Origin: an uncultured Clostridia bacterium
GTDB taxonomy: Bacteria > Bacillota > Clostridia > Christensenellales > UBA1242
Reading direction: 5' to 3'
Assembly: GCA_930971385.1 (NCBI GenBank)
Contig: CAKNGB010000001.1
Span: forward strand, 348,468 to 412,467
Length of the DNA stretch: 64,000 bases
The notes beneath the pieces are model-generated. The model was not told the DNA's origin. It ran no database searches and saw nothing but the letters and a program-made list of their open reading frames with translations. Below, piece by piece: positions 49,230-58,866 of the stretch. Made by a program: the position numbers and the translations under genes. Every line of letters starts with the position of its first letter. Positions within the stretch are counted from its first letter, which is position 1.

Positions 49230-50323
49230 ATTGACAAATCTTCTCCTTTTAGAGCCTCAAGTCCGAGAGTGGCAATTTTTTCTTTTTCTGCTCCAGACAG
49301 TTCCTTGCTTTCAAAAACACTTCTTAAAAATTCACCTTTTAAAGATAGAACATCCTTAGAATATTTTTCAAAATCAAAATCTGTTTGAGTTTCATCTATA
49401 ATTTCAAAATTGAAAAACTTATCATAAAAATTTTGCATGATTAAATCTTTTTGAATTGGATTTTCCTCTTTATGTTTTCCCTTAATTGTTAAGCGAACAA
49501 TATCATCCTTGCTAAGTTTTGACGCAATTTCCTTCAATTTTTGCATAATTTGCAAGTGGTCGATGTTTGGATTGATTGTAAGTTCTATGGAACGATAGTC
49601 AAATCGGCTGAACGGAATAAAGCTGGACTTAAGCGTTTTATTTTCGATGTCCAATAAATAAACCCCTTTCTTTTCACCAATTTTGCTGGCATCATTGAAA
49701 CTTCTTCCCTCCAAACAACCACTATATTGCCAAATTCCACGCTCATCAATTCTGCCACTACCTCCCGCATGGATGTGCCCAAGCGCAAGATAATCTATGT
49801 TGTGCCCTGCAAGTTTCGACGCGAAAATTCCGTTAAAATATTCATCAGAAGCATTGATTGGCTGATGTGCAAGCATGATGTTAAACCTTGTTTTATCAAA
49901 GTTGATAGTGCTATAGAATGAATCAAGCACGTATCGCCCAAGCGATGCACCACCAATCGTTATCCCCTCCTCTAAATCTATTTTCTTGAAATTTTCTTTA
50001 AACAAGAAAAAATTTTCTGGCATTTCATCTTCTTGAAAAGGAGAGAATCTTTCATCGTGATTTCCCCAGATATAGAAGCATTTAATGTTTTTATAACTTA
50101 GCACCAATTTTTTGAAAATATTAACCGAGTTTTTTGTTGGCTCGTGAACATCAAAAATATCGCCACAAAAAAGAATGGCTGAAACTTTGTTTGCCTCAGC
50201 ATAATTAAATAAATTGATAAGATTTTGAAGAAGTTGACTGCGTTTTATCTTCTTTTTTTCCGCGTTTAAACCGCTCATTTCCTTGATATCAATATGGATA
50301 TCTGCACAATGTATTATTTTCAT
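49226..50323 (-). CDS. SbcD/YhaO-like metallophosphoesterase (DNA repair exonuclease)
   Basis: HCADIHID, GDIFD, GNHDE and GHIH motifs. Confidence 0.75.
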   Translation of the reverse strand: MKIIHCADIHIDIKEMSGLNAEKKKIKRSQLLQNLINLFNYAEANKVSAILFCGDIFDVHEPTKNSVNIFKKLVLSYKNIKCFYIWGNHDERFSPFQEDEMPENFFLFKENFKKIDLEEGITIGGASLGRYVLDSFYSTINFDKTRFNIMLAHQPINASDEYFNGIFASKLAGHNIDYLALGHIHAGGSGRIDERGIWQYSGCLEGRSFNDASKIGEKKGVYLLDIENKTLKSSFIPFSRFDYRSIELTINPNIDHLQIMQKLKEIASKLSKDDIVRLTIKGKHKEENPIQKDLIMQNFYDKFFNFEIIDETQTDFDFEKYSKDVLSLKGEFLRSVFESKELSGAEKEKIATLGLEALKGEDLSI

Positions 50324-50329
50324 AGTGAT

Positions 50330-50358
50330 ATTATAACAAAAATTTCTTCAAAAACAAA
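50330..50358 (-). promoter_or_regulatory. Promoter placed for a leaderless transcript of the nuclease operon
   Basis: The minus strand reads TTTGTT, 17 bp spacer, (TGt)TATAAT, then 6 nt to the ATG at 50323. Confidence 0.4.
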
Positions 50359-50383
50359 ATAAAAAGGACGAATATCGCCCTTT
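50355..50383 (-). terminator. Rho-independent terminator of the DUF4097 gene
   Basis: The minus strand reads aagggcg atat tcgtcctt followed by a T-run. Confidence 0.6.
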
Positions 50384-50422
50384 TTATAGCTTATATTTTA
50401 AAGTTAAATAAGAAAGCTTTGC

Positions 50423-51961
50423 TTACAAACTGTCAACTAAAGTGTAGGTAATATTGGCGTTCGTGTAGATAATTAGGTCAGCGGTTTGCGAAACTCCACT
50501 GTTACTAACTGAAACTGGGTTTTTGTCGCCGTGATAATTACCGATGTTCACAGTGATTCTATCATCGTTCACAACTTCGTTTGATTGGTTATTTGTGCCG
50601 TCATTAACATAAGCGTTTGCCACAAAGTTGACATTATTTAAAAAGTTAAAGTTGATGTTGGCGCTGTCGGAAGTGATTGTCATGTCGTGATTAATTGCAC
50701 CTTTAAAACCAATTGTGATTGCACCATTTGTGGAAGTTATGATGTCTGTTCCATTATTTGTTTGCTCGACAAACTTTATGTCAACACTTCCACTTTCAAT
50801 GTCAATCACAGCATTGCCATTCATGTTGTTGATGATATAATTTCCGTTTGTTCCAAAAGAATAAATATTTCCGTTCATGGTTTCTATTGTCACATCAGGA
50901 TTAGCATCAAGAGAGGAACTAACAAGCATATCTCCAGTTATCGTTCCAATTCTAATGTTAGGTGAGCCAAGATTGTCTTCTGAAGGCGAAAAGCTTAAAT
51001 CGCCGATAATTGTGTCGATATAATAATTCCCCTCAAAACTATCCATTTGAATGCCATAACTTTCCTTATCGCCTTGATTGGAAGAAGTGATGTTTCTGTT
51101 TGGAACATCAAGTTTTGAAATTGTCACATTACCATTTTCATTTGCAATTCTAAGCGTTCCGCTTGTTCCAATTCTGACCACATCAAAACTTATATCACCA
51201 GTGTTTGTGGTTAAATTCACATCAGCTCTCGCCACATCAATACCAGTGTTTTCTTCGCCGTCAGCGCTTAAGTTGTTGCCCTGCCCTCTTATATCTCCAC
51301 TTCCAGTTTCAAGCGAAATTTGAGTTAATTGGTCAAGTTCCAAATTCTCACTTAAATAGATGCTTCCTCCAGTTGTTTTTGCAGTGATAGAGGCTGGAGC
51401 AAAAGGCTGGCTTTCAAAACCGATGGAACCAAAAGTTATGTTGCCGTCGGTTGTTTCGATGTTAAAAGCAGTGTTGTCGAAAGAAGAATCCGGGAAGAAG
51501 TCGCCGTTGTAATAACCGCTGTCGATGTTGATTGTTATGGAAACATCATTGGAAAAGTATATGAAACCAACAGGCTCGGTCACGGCAATTTTTAAAGTTC
51601 CATTTTCAATAATCACAGAGTAAGAAAAAGGTCTTGCTTGCTCGGCTGTGGCAAAGCCTTTGGAGTTGTTTTCAATTCTAACGCAACTTTCGCCGATATC
51701 GCCATCCACTTTCACTTGAACATCGGCATACGAACAGTCAACTTCAATTCTTGTGATGTTGTCAAAATTGATGGCTTCGCCAGTGTCAGTGGTCTCTGTG
51801 ATGTTTTGTGGGTTTGTTGAAGTGAAATATTGCATCCAAAGGATATTCGTTCCCGGGTTAAAAATCATGATAACGCAAATGATTAAGAAAACTGCAATTA
51901 AAAACAGCACAAACAACCCAAAGTAGAAGAAAAATCCTTTTTTAATACCTTCTTGCGCCAT
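50423..51961 (-). CDS. Membrane-anchored beta-strand-repeat protein (DUF4097-like putative adhesin)
   Basis: N-terminal TM FFFYFGLFVLFLIAVFLIICVIMIF. Periodic G[DN][IV]xx motifs include GDISFDV, GNVTISK, GDLSFSP, GDMLVSS and GNAVIDI. Confidence 0.5.
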   Translation of the reverse strand: MAQEGIKKGFFFYFGLFVLFLIAVFLIICVIMIFNPGTNILWMQYFTSTNPQNITETTDTGEAINFDNITRIEVDCSYADVQVKVDGDIGESCVRIENNSKGFATAEQARPFSYSVIIENGTLKIAVTEPVGFIYFSNDVSITINIDSGYYNGDFFPDSSFDNTAFNIETTDGNITFGSIGFESQPFAPASITAKTTGGSIYLSENLELDQLTQISLETGSGDIRGQGNNLSADGEENTGIDVARADVNLTTNTGDISFDVVRIGTSGTLRIANENGNVTISKLDVPNRNITSSNQGDKESYGIQMDSFEGNYYIDTIIGDLSFSPSEDNLGSPNIRIGTITGDMLVSSSLDANPDVTIETMNGNIYSFGTNGNYIINNMNGNAVIDIESGSVDIKFVEQTNNGTDIITSTNGAITIGFKGAINHDMTITSDSANINFNFLNNVNFVANAYVNDGTNNQSNEVVNDDRITVNIGNYHGDKNPVSVSNSGVSQTADLIIYTNANITYTLVDSL

Positions 51962-52092
51962 AGTCTCTCCTTTAACTCAAATTTATGTTTTAAAACGTCA
52001 CATTCGCTTTTAATATGGTGTGTGAGAATTTGTTTTCGTGTTAATATATGATGTATTATATCATTAACATAAGGATATGTCAAACATTTTAA

Positions 52093-53904
52093 TTAGTCTA
52101 AAATTGCCTTAATTCTTCTTATTCCAGCTGACGAACTTTCCTCTTTCACAATTTTAAAATGGTGCAGGTCAGCCGTGTTCTTTGCGTGCGGTCCACCGCA
52201 AATTTCCTTGGAAACATCGCCAATTGTGTAAACCTTAACAACATCGCCATACTTACTTTCAAACACGCCAACCGCTCCGCTTTTCTTAGCGTCATCAATA
52301 GACATTTCTTCATATGTGACAGGAATTGCCTTTTTAATGGCGTCGTTAACAAAATCTTCCAAATTTTTAATTTCTTCTGGTGTCAACTTGTGGTCAACAT
52401 TAAAATCTAACCTCATGCGTTCAGGCGTGATGTTTGAACCTTTTTGCATAACGCCATTGCCAAACATTTTCCTAAGCCCTGCCATAAGTAAGTGAGTTGC
52501 GGTGTGAAGATGAGCGCTTGCCATGGAAGTGTCTGCAAGTCCGCCTTTGAAAGTTCCAGCCGAGGCAGTTCGACTTTTTTCTTGATGTTCTTCAAACGCC
52601 TTTTTATACCCCTCTTCGTCCACTTCATATCCCCTTTCGCTGGCAAGTTCTTTGGTAAGTTCAAATGGAAATCCAAAAGTGTCGTATAAGCGAAAGCAAG
52701 CCTTACCAGAAATTATATTTGGCACAACTTCGCCTTTTGATTTAGCAAATTCTTTATGTTTTTCAATGCCGTTAATAACTTTGTCAAATTCCTTATGACC
52801 TTCTTCAAGTGCTTTGGAAAATTTTTCCACTTCTTTGTTAAGTTCACTAATTGCAAACTCTCGGTTTCGCTTGATGTCGGAATAGTCCTCACCGTGCCTG
52901 TCAACATACATATTCAAAATGTTTTCAAAATACTTCGTTTCAAAACCGATGTTTCTTGCGCAATTTACAGCACGCCTAATAAATCTTCTTAAAATATACC
53001 CCTGACCAACATTAGAAGGTAAAACGCCATGAGCATCGCCAAGTATGAAAAGAGCGGAACGCAAGTGGTCGGCAATAATGCGATAAGAGCGTTTGGAGTT
53101 TTCGTTTTCAAGATATTTCACTTTGGCTTTACTTGAAATGAAGTCGATAACCTCCTTCAAAATTCCGCAATCATAAACGCTTTTGAGGCCGTTTAAAATC
53201 ACAACTGTTCGCTCTAGACCCATGCCAGTGTCGATGTTTGGCTTTTTAAGTTGTTTAACCTTTTCACCTTCTTTCTCCACAACATATTGCATGAAAACAT
53301 CGTTCCAAATTTCAATATATTTTCCACAATCACAAGCCGGAGAACAATTTTCACTGCACTTTGGTTTGCCAGTGTCGAAAAACATTTCAGTGTCTGGTCC
53401 GCAAGGTCCAACTCCGCCACCAAGTGCCCACCAGTTGTGTTTTTTGTTGAGATAAAACACCTCTTTAATTCCGCACTTTTTCCAAGCGTTATAAGCCACT
53501 TCGTCCTTTGGAGCAGTTTCGTCACCAGCAAAAACAGTGGTCGCAAGTTTCTCTTTTGGAATTTTAAGATACTTTGTTAAAAATTCAAAAGAATATTCAA
53601 TCATTTTTTCCTTATCACATTCGCCCAAAAACCAGTTCCCAAGCATTTCAAAAAATGTGAGGTGCGTGTCGTCGCCAACTTCATCGATATCAGTTGTTCT
53701 TATGCACCTTTGAATGTCGCAAATTTTGTTTCCAGCAGGATGTGGTTCACCAAGAAGATATGGCACAAGCGGATGCATACCAGCCGTTGTGAACAAAACT
53801 GTTGGGTCGTTTTCAGGAATTATGGAATATCCCTCAATTCGTTTAAAGCTTTTGCTTTCAAAAAATTTAAACCATAGATTTTTAAGTTCAACATCTGTAA
53901 TCAT
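52093..53904 (-). CDS. alaS: Alanine--tRNA ligase, short form (603 aa, no C-Ala domain)
   Basis: FTTAGMHP and FFEMLGNW motifs, editing-domain HTATHLL and CGGPH motifs, ending at GIRRIKAILD. Confidence 0.85.
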   Translation of the reverse strand: MITDVELKNLWFKFFESKSFKRIEGYSIIPENDPTVLFTTAGMHPLVPYLLGEPHPAGNKICDIQRCIRTTDIDEVGDDTHLTFFEMLGNWFLGECDKEKMIEYSFEFLTKYLKIPKEKLATTVFAGDETAPKDEVAYNAWKKCGIKEVFYLNKKHNWWALGGGVGPCGPDTEMFFDTGKPKCSENCSPACDCGKYIEIWNDVFMQYVVEKEGEKVKQLKKPNIDTGMGLERTVVILNGLKSVYDCGILKEVIDFISSKAKVKYLENENSKRSYRIIADHLRSALFILGDAHGVLPSNVGQGYILRRFIRRAVNCARNIGFETKYFENILNMYVDRHGEDYSDIKRNREFAISELNKEVEKFSKALEEGHKEFDKVINGIEKHKEFAKSKGEVVPNIISGKACFRLYDTFGFPFELTKELASERGYEVDEEGYKKAFEEHQEKSRTASAGTFKGGLADTSMASAHLHTATHLLMAGLRKMFGNGVMQKGSNITPERMRLDFNVDHKLTPEEIKNLEDFVNDAIKKAIPVTYEEMSIDDAKKSGAVGVFESKYGDVVKVYTIGDVSKEICGGPHAKNTADLHHFKIVKEESSSAGIRRIKAILD

Positions 53905-53937
53905 ATTAACTCCTATACTACAAATTCAATCTTTTTT

Positions 53938-53966
53938 ATTATATCAAAATGCTGTAAATTTTGCAA
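53938..53966 (-). promoter_or_regulatory. SigA-type promoter of alaS
   Basis: The minus strand reads TTGCAA, 17 bp spacer, TATAAT, with an AGGAG RBS downstream. Confidence 0.6.
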
Positions 53967-54165
53967 GTAAACTTAATGATTAAAATAGGAATTATTGATA
54001 AAGGAAAAATCTCACTTTAATCAAAAATTCCAAAAAAAATGCCTCAAATTTAAAAAAACTTGAAATTTTATTGTTTTTTCAACATTTTTCAGCCAAAATG
54101 TTAGATTTACTAAAATTTTGATACTTTTGGAAAATATATTTATAATTAAAAAATTTTTAACTTAA

Positions 54166-54193
54166 AAATAAAAAAGGAGGATTTTTCCTCCTT
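54166..54193 (-). terminator. Rho-independent terminator of clpX
   Basis: The minus strand reads aaggagga aaaa tcctcctt followed by a T-run. It overlaps the stop codon. Confidence 0.7.
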
Positions 54194-55472
54194 AACTATT
54201 TGCCACGCTTTTTTGTTCGCGCCTAATGAGAATTGGCTCTTTGCCGTTTTCCATAAAGTCTTTCGTTATTATCACTTTTTCAAACACATTAGGGTCTGGA
54301 AGGTCGAACATAAGTTCGGTCATTCTTGTTTCCATGATTGTGCGAATGCCTCTTGCCCCTGTTTTAAGGTCAAACGCTTTTTTCGCAACATAGTTTATGG
54401 CTTCCTTATCAAATTCAAGTTCAAACCCATCCATTTTGAAAAGTTCGGTGTATTGTTTTATTAGTGAATTTTTTGGTTCAACCAAAATTCTTTCCAACGC
54501 GTTTTCGTCAAGATTATCAAGCCCAGTGATGATTGGAAGCCTGCCAACAAATTCTGGAATTAAGCCATACTTAATTAAGTCATCTGGCTGAACATCTTGT
54601 GAATAATTTATTTTGGCTCTCTCATTAGAATTTTTAATTTCAGCGTTAAAGCCAAGTGAAGATGATGCCATACGTTTATAGATAATGTCGTCAAGCCCAA
54701 CAAACGCACCACCACAAATAAACAAAATGTTCGTGGTGTCGATTTGAAGCATCTCTTGATGAGGATGTTTTCTTCCACCTTGTGGAGGCACAGAAGCGAT
54801 AGTGCTTTCAATGATTTTTAAAAGTGCTTGTTGCACGCCTTCGCCACCAACATCACGAGTTATAGAGCGGTTTTCGCTTTTTCTGGAAACCTTGTCGATT
54901 TCGTCAATGTAGATAATTCCGCGCTCTGCCCTTTGAATGTCGTAATCAGCATTTTGAATAAGTTTCAAAAGCACATTTTCAACATCTTCGCCAACATAGC
55001 CAGCTTCCGTTAAAGTTGTGGCATCAGCACAAGCAAAAGGAACATCCAAAATTTTTGCCAAAGTTTTAACAAGCAAAGTTTTGCCTGAACCTGTTGGTCC
55101 AATCATAAGCACATTGCTTTTTTCAAGTTCAATTTTGTTGTTATCCTCTTTTTTCTTTTTGCCGTCAATTTTGTTGTGATAGTTATAGTTGATTCTTTTA
55201 TAGTGATTGAAAACAGCAACCGACAAAACTTTTTTCGCCTGTTCCTGACCAATCACATAGTTATCAAGTTTCTTTTTGATATCTTTTGGTGAAGGGATTT
55301 CAAGGTCCTTAAAAACTTTCACCTTTTCCACTTCTTCTTGAATGATGTCAGCGCAAACTCTCACGCAATCGTCACAAATATATGCATCGCCATTAGGACT
55401 GGCGATAAGTTTTTTCACATTTTTTTGTGATTTTCCGCAGAACGAGCAAGTGCATAAATCAATATCTTTCAT
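54192..55472 (-). CDS. clpX: ATP-dependent Clp protease ATP-binding subunit ClpX
   Basis: N-terminal C4 zinc finger CSFCGK...CDDC, Walker A GPTGSGKT and IIYIDEIDK. Confidence 0.95.
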   Translation of the reverse strand: MKDIDLCTCSFCGKSQKNVKKLIASPNGDAYICDDCVRVCADIIQEEVEKVKVFKDLEIPSPKDIKKKLDNYVIGQEQAKKVLSVAVFNHYKRINYNYHNKIDGKKKKEDNNKIELEKSNVLMIGPTGSGKTLLVKTLAKILDVPFACADATTLTEAGYVGEDVENVLLKLIQNADYDIQRAERGIIYIDEIDKVSRKSENRSITRDVGGEGVQQALLKIIESTIASVPPQGGRKHPHQEMLQIDTTNILFICGGAFVGLDDIIYKRMASSSLGFNAEIKNSNERAKINYSQDVQPDDLIKYGLIPEFVGRLPIITGLDNLDENALERILVEPKNSLIKQYTELFKMDGFELEFDKEAINYVAKKAFDLKTGARGIRTIMETRMTELMFDLPDPNVFEKVIITKDFMENGKEPILIRREQKSVANS

Positions 55473-55480
55473 AAAACTCC

Positions 55481-56068
55481 TTACTTTGCTTTTCTTGTAT
55501 AGAAAATGTTGTCAATAAGCCCATATTCTTTTGCTTCCTCAGCAGACATATAGTTATCTCTGTCGGTGTCTTTCTCAATCACTTCAAGTGGTTTTCCTGT
55601 GTTCTCGCTTAAAATTTGATTGAGTTTTGCCTTAATTTTTTGAATATGGCGTGCTTGAATTTCGATGTCGCTTGCTTGACCTTGCGCTCCGCCAAGTGGT
55701 TGATGAATCATGATTTCACTGTTTGGAAGAGCAAACCTCTTTCCCTTAGCGCCCGATGACAATAGGAAAGCCCCCATAGATGCTGCAAGCCCCACACAAA
55801 TGGTGGAAACATCGCATTTGATATAGTTCATGGTGTCGTATATTGCCATGCCAGCGGAAACCGAACCGCCAGGGCTGTTGATGTAAAGGAAAATGTCTTT
55901 ATCAGGATTTTTTCCTTCAAGATAGATAAGCTGTGCAATAACAATATTTGCGCTATCGTCTGTCACTTCGCCCGACAAGAAGATAATTCTGTCTTCAAGA
56001 AGGCGAGAGTAGATATCATAAGACCTTTCATTTGCGCCTGTTTGGTCAACGACCATTGGAATTAACAT
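55481..56068 (-). CDS. clpP: ATP-dependent Clp protease proteolytic subunit
   Basis: The [11 protein letters not shown] active-site Ser context and MIHQPLGG. Confidence 0.95.
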   Translation of the reverse strand: MLIPMVVDQTGANERSYDIYSRLLEDRIIFLSGEVTDDSANIVIAQLIYLEGKNPDKDIFLYINSPGGSVSAGMAIYDTMNYIKCDVSTICVGLAASMGAFLLSSGAKGKRFALPNSEIMIHQPLGGAQGQASDIEIQARHIQKIKAKLNQILSENTGKPLEVIEKDTDRDNYMSAEEAKEYGLIDNIFYTRKAK

Positions 56069-56142
56069 AATTTTACCTCCTAATCGTCATTTGTTAAATT
56101 TAGTTTTAGATTGTTTTAGCCTTGCAAAAGCGTTATCAAACC

Positions 56143-57594
56143 TTATTTCTTAGTTGTTTTCTTTGTTGTTGTTTTCTCTGCGCTTTTACTTGAAGATGTT
56201 GAGCTTTTCTTTTCTGAACTTTTTGAAGTGGCAGATTTTGCTCCAGCTTTTGCCGTGGTTTTCTTTTCAGCAGATGCTTTGGCTGTTTTTACAGAAGTTT
56301 TTTCAGTTGCCTTTTTCTCTTCCTCTTCCTTGATGTTGTTTTTATCAATCAAAAGCTGATAAACCTTATCAAGCACCACGCTGTTTTCGGCATAAATTCT
56401 GTCCTCATCAGCGCCTTCGTGAGCGTGACTATGACGCATTGGAGGAAGTTCTTTTAATTTTTCTTCAATTTCCTCGTCAGATGCTGTTATTTTGTTTTCT
56501 TCAATAATTTTTCTGATGATGTATCTGCCCTTAATTCCTCTAACTGCACGCTTAGCGCTTTCATCTTTAATCTCTTCCATGGTTGTGCCAACAGCGGAAA
56601 GATATGTGTCGAGAGGCATATTATATTGCTTGCAAGCCTCTTGAATTTCGTGGATGTCACGCTCAACTTCATAGTCAATCAAACTTTGAGGAACAAGCAT
56701 TTCCGTGTTTTCAATAACATACTTTAAGATGTCAGATTTAAGAGCGGTGTCCGCCTCTTGCTCCTTCATATATTGAATATGCTTAGAAACATGATTTTTA
56801 TACTCTTCAAGCGTTTCATATTCTGTCGCATCTGAAATAAATTTGTCGTCTATTTTAGGAAGAGTCTTTTCACGAACATTTTTAATTGTCACAAAGAAGT
56901 CTGCTTTCTTGCCTGCAAGGTTTTCTGCTGGATATTCATTTGGGAAAGTCACTTCAACTTTCACTGTTTCACCTTTTTTCTTGCCAACAAGTTGGTCTTC
57001 AAAATTGTCGATGAAAGAATGTGAACCAAGAGTGAGTGGATAATCTTCTGCGCGCCCACCTTCAAATTCTTCGCCGTCCACGGAGCCAACAAAGTCGATA
57101 ACCACGCTGTCGCCCAATTTGCTGGCACGGTCAACTTCATTAAATTTTGCAGAGTCTTGACGAAGATGGTCAAGTTCATGCTCGATATCCTCATCTGTCA
57201 CCTTTATGGAGCGTTTTGTGAAATCAAGCCCTGTGTATTTGCAAAGTTTGAAATCTGGCATAATTTCAAATTCCAAAGTGAACTCAACGCCACCATCTGC
57301 ATTTAAACTTTGAATGGCGGTTTTTGGATATGAAAGAGGCTCAAGATTTGGATCTTTTGCCAAAACCTCGTTCATAGTTGTGCGGAGAAAATAATCAAGT
57401 GTGTCGTCAAAAAACACATTTTCGCCGTATTGTTTTTCAATAACTTTTTTAGGTGCATGACCTTTTCTGAAACCGATGACATTAAATTTGCCTTTTGTGG
57501 TTTCATAAACTTTTTGTTCTGCGTCTTTCCATTCTTTACCGTCAATGGAAACTGTGACTGTTACATTTGTTTTATCTTGTTTAATGGTATACAT
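56143..57594 (-). CDS. tig: Trigger factor with a Lys/Ser/Thr-rich C-terminal tail
   Basis: GFRKGHAPKKVIE ribosome-binding motif and an FKBP-like middle domain, upstream of clpP-clpX. Confidence 0.9.
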   Translation of the reverse strand: MYTIKQDKTNVTVTVSIDGKEWKDAEQKVYETTKGKFNVIGFRKGHAPKKVIEKQYGENVFFDDTLDYFLRTTMNEVLAKDPNLEPLSYPKTAIQSLNADGGVEFTLEFEIMPDFKLCKYTGLDFTKRSIKVTDEDIEHELDHLRQDSAKFNEVDRASKLGDSVVIDFVGSVDGEEFEGGRAEDYPLTLGSHSFIDNFEDQLVGKKKGETVKVEVTFPNEYPAENLAGKKADFFVTIKNVREKTLPKIDDKFISDATEYETLEEYKNHVSKHIQYMKEQEADTALKSDILKYVIENTEMLVPQSLIDYEVERDIHEIQEACKQYNMPLDTYLSAVGTTMEEIKDESAKRAVRGIKGRYIIRKIIEENKITASDEEIEEKLKELPPMRHSHAHEGADEDRIYAENSVVLDKVYQLLIDKNNIKEEEEKKATEKTSVKTAKASAEKKTTAKAGAKSATSKSSEKKSSTSSSKSAEKTTTKKTTKK

Positions 57595-57822
57595 ATCGAA
57601 CCATCCCTTTAGTGAAAATTTACTTTGAAAGCACGAGAGGCATTTGCCCTCAAAGCATTACACGCTATTCTACCACATTTTTTTATAAAAATCAAACATT
57701 ATGACCAAAATATTTTGTTTTATTTTTAGAGATTATGTAGGAATTTGTCGAAAACCTTAAAAATTGGATAATTTGAAAAGGAAATTTTGAGAAAGATATC
57801 AGATAAAGTCGAAAAATTAAAC

Positions 57823-58860
57823 TTAAAATGAACTTATCTTCACCTTTTTTGCCACATTCTTTCTCATGTCCTCACTAATTGCAGCATAGTGCTTTTTGGT
57901 GGTGTTCACATCCTTATGCCCTAAAACATCAGCAACAATATAAATATCATTTGTTTCGCGATAGAGATTTGTGCCGAAAGTGGAACGAAGTTTGTGAGGA
58001 GAAATCTTTTTAAGAGGAGTGCTTTCTTTGGCAAACTTTTTTACAACATTTTCCACCGACCTGGTGCAAATACGCCTGTTTTGAAGAGAAAGAAAAAGCG
58101 CGTGCTCATCTTCTTTAATTGGAAGCGTTTTCCTTATTGAAAGCCACTCTTCAACTGCATATTTAACTTCATTTGGATAGTATAAAATCGTTTGATTTCC
58201 ACCCTTTCTTGTCACCTTAAAAGCGTTTTGAGAAAAATCAAAATCTTCCACATTAAGTCCAACAAGTTCGCTCACTCTTATGCCAGTGCCAAGGAAAAGT
58301 GTCACCATGGCATTGTCACGCACTTTGGTGTTTTTGTTATAGTTCTTTTGCCTTTCTGTGAACGAAGTTGGATCATTCACAGCATCAAGCATCTTTTCAA
58401 TTTCGTCTGACTCGAGCCTTACAATTTCTTTTGTGTGAAGTTTTGGCGTTGGCACTTTGCTGACAACATTTTTGGAGATGAGGTCATGATTAAAAAGATA
58501 TTTAAAAAAACTTCTAACGCTGGCAAGTTTTCTGGCTTTGCCATTTTCCGTGTTTTTGAAAGTTTTATCGTTAAGTTCATAAAAAGATAGATATGATAAA
58601 AAGGACTCAATATGTTTTGCCTCCAGGGTGTCAAGATCTTTGAGCATCACCTTGCTTTTGTCTTTTTTAAAGATATATTTTGAAATATAGTCATAGAAAA
58701 TGGCAAGGTCCATGGCGTAGTTCACACGCGTTAAAGAGGAAGTGTTAAGTTCAATTCCTGTGAAGAAATCGAAACAATATTCTGGCAAACCTTCCAAATA
58801 TTTGCCCACTCTTTGCATATTAAGTAAATCTCTTTTTTCAAAATATGATAAGTTTTTCAT
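57823..58860 (-). CDS. Tyrosine recombinase, XerS-like
   Basis: R..HxxR..Y catalytic set (GIRVSEL, HKLRSTF, LGHKDVNTTKKHY). The extended N-terminus and the VTRKGGNQ segment resemble the recalled streptococcal XerS. Confidence 0.6.
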   Translation of the reverse strand: MKNLSYFEKRDLLNMQRVGKYLEGLPEYCFDFFTGIELNTSSLTRVNYAMDLAIFYDYISKYIFKKDKSKVMLKDLDTLEAKHIESFLSYLSFYELNDKTFKNTENGKARKLASVRSFFKYLFNHDLISKNVVSKVPTPKLHTKEIVRLESDEIEKMLDAVNDPTSFTERQKNYNKNTKVRDNAMVTLFLGTGIRVSELVGLNVEDFDFSQNAFKVTRKGGNQTILYYPNEVKYAVEEWLSIRKTLPIKEDEHALFLSLQNRRICTRSVENVVKKFAKESTPLKKISPHKLRSTFGTNLYRETNDIYIVADVLGHKDVNTTKKHYAAISEDMRKNVAKKVKISSF

Positions 58861-58866
58861 GCTTAT

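Noticed and set aside
47517-50323. Nuclease plus SMC-like ATPase pair as a novel anti-phage defence system
   Set aside because: The architecture and overlap match the conserved Firmicute yhaO-yhaN (SbcD/SbcC-like) repair pair. It sits among housekeeping genes with no other defence hallmarks. I report it only as a low-interest variant.
57823-58860. Tyrosine recombinase as the integrase of an integrated mobile element
   Set aside because: It is flanked by tig-clpP-clpX and spoIVB with no phage or IS genes, no tRNA target and no flanking direct repeats. The sequence features resemble chromosome-dimer-resolution recombinases.
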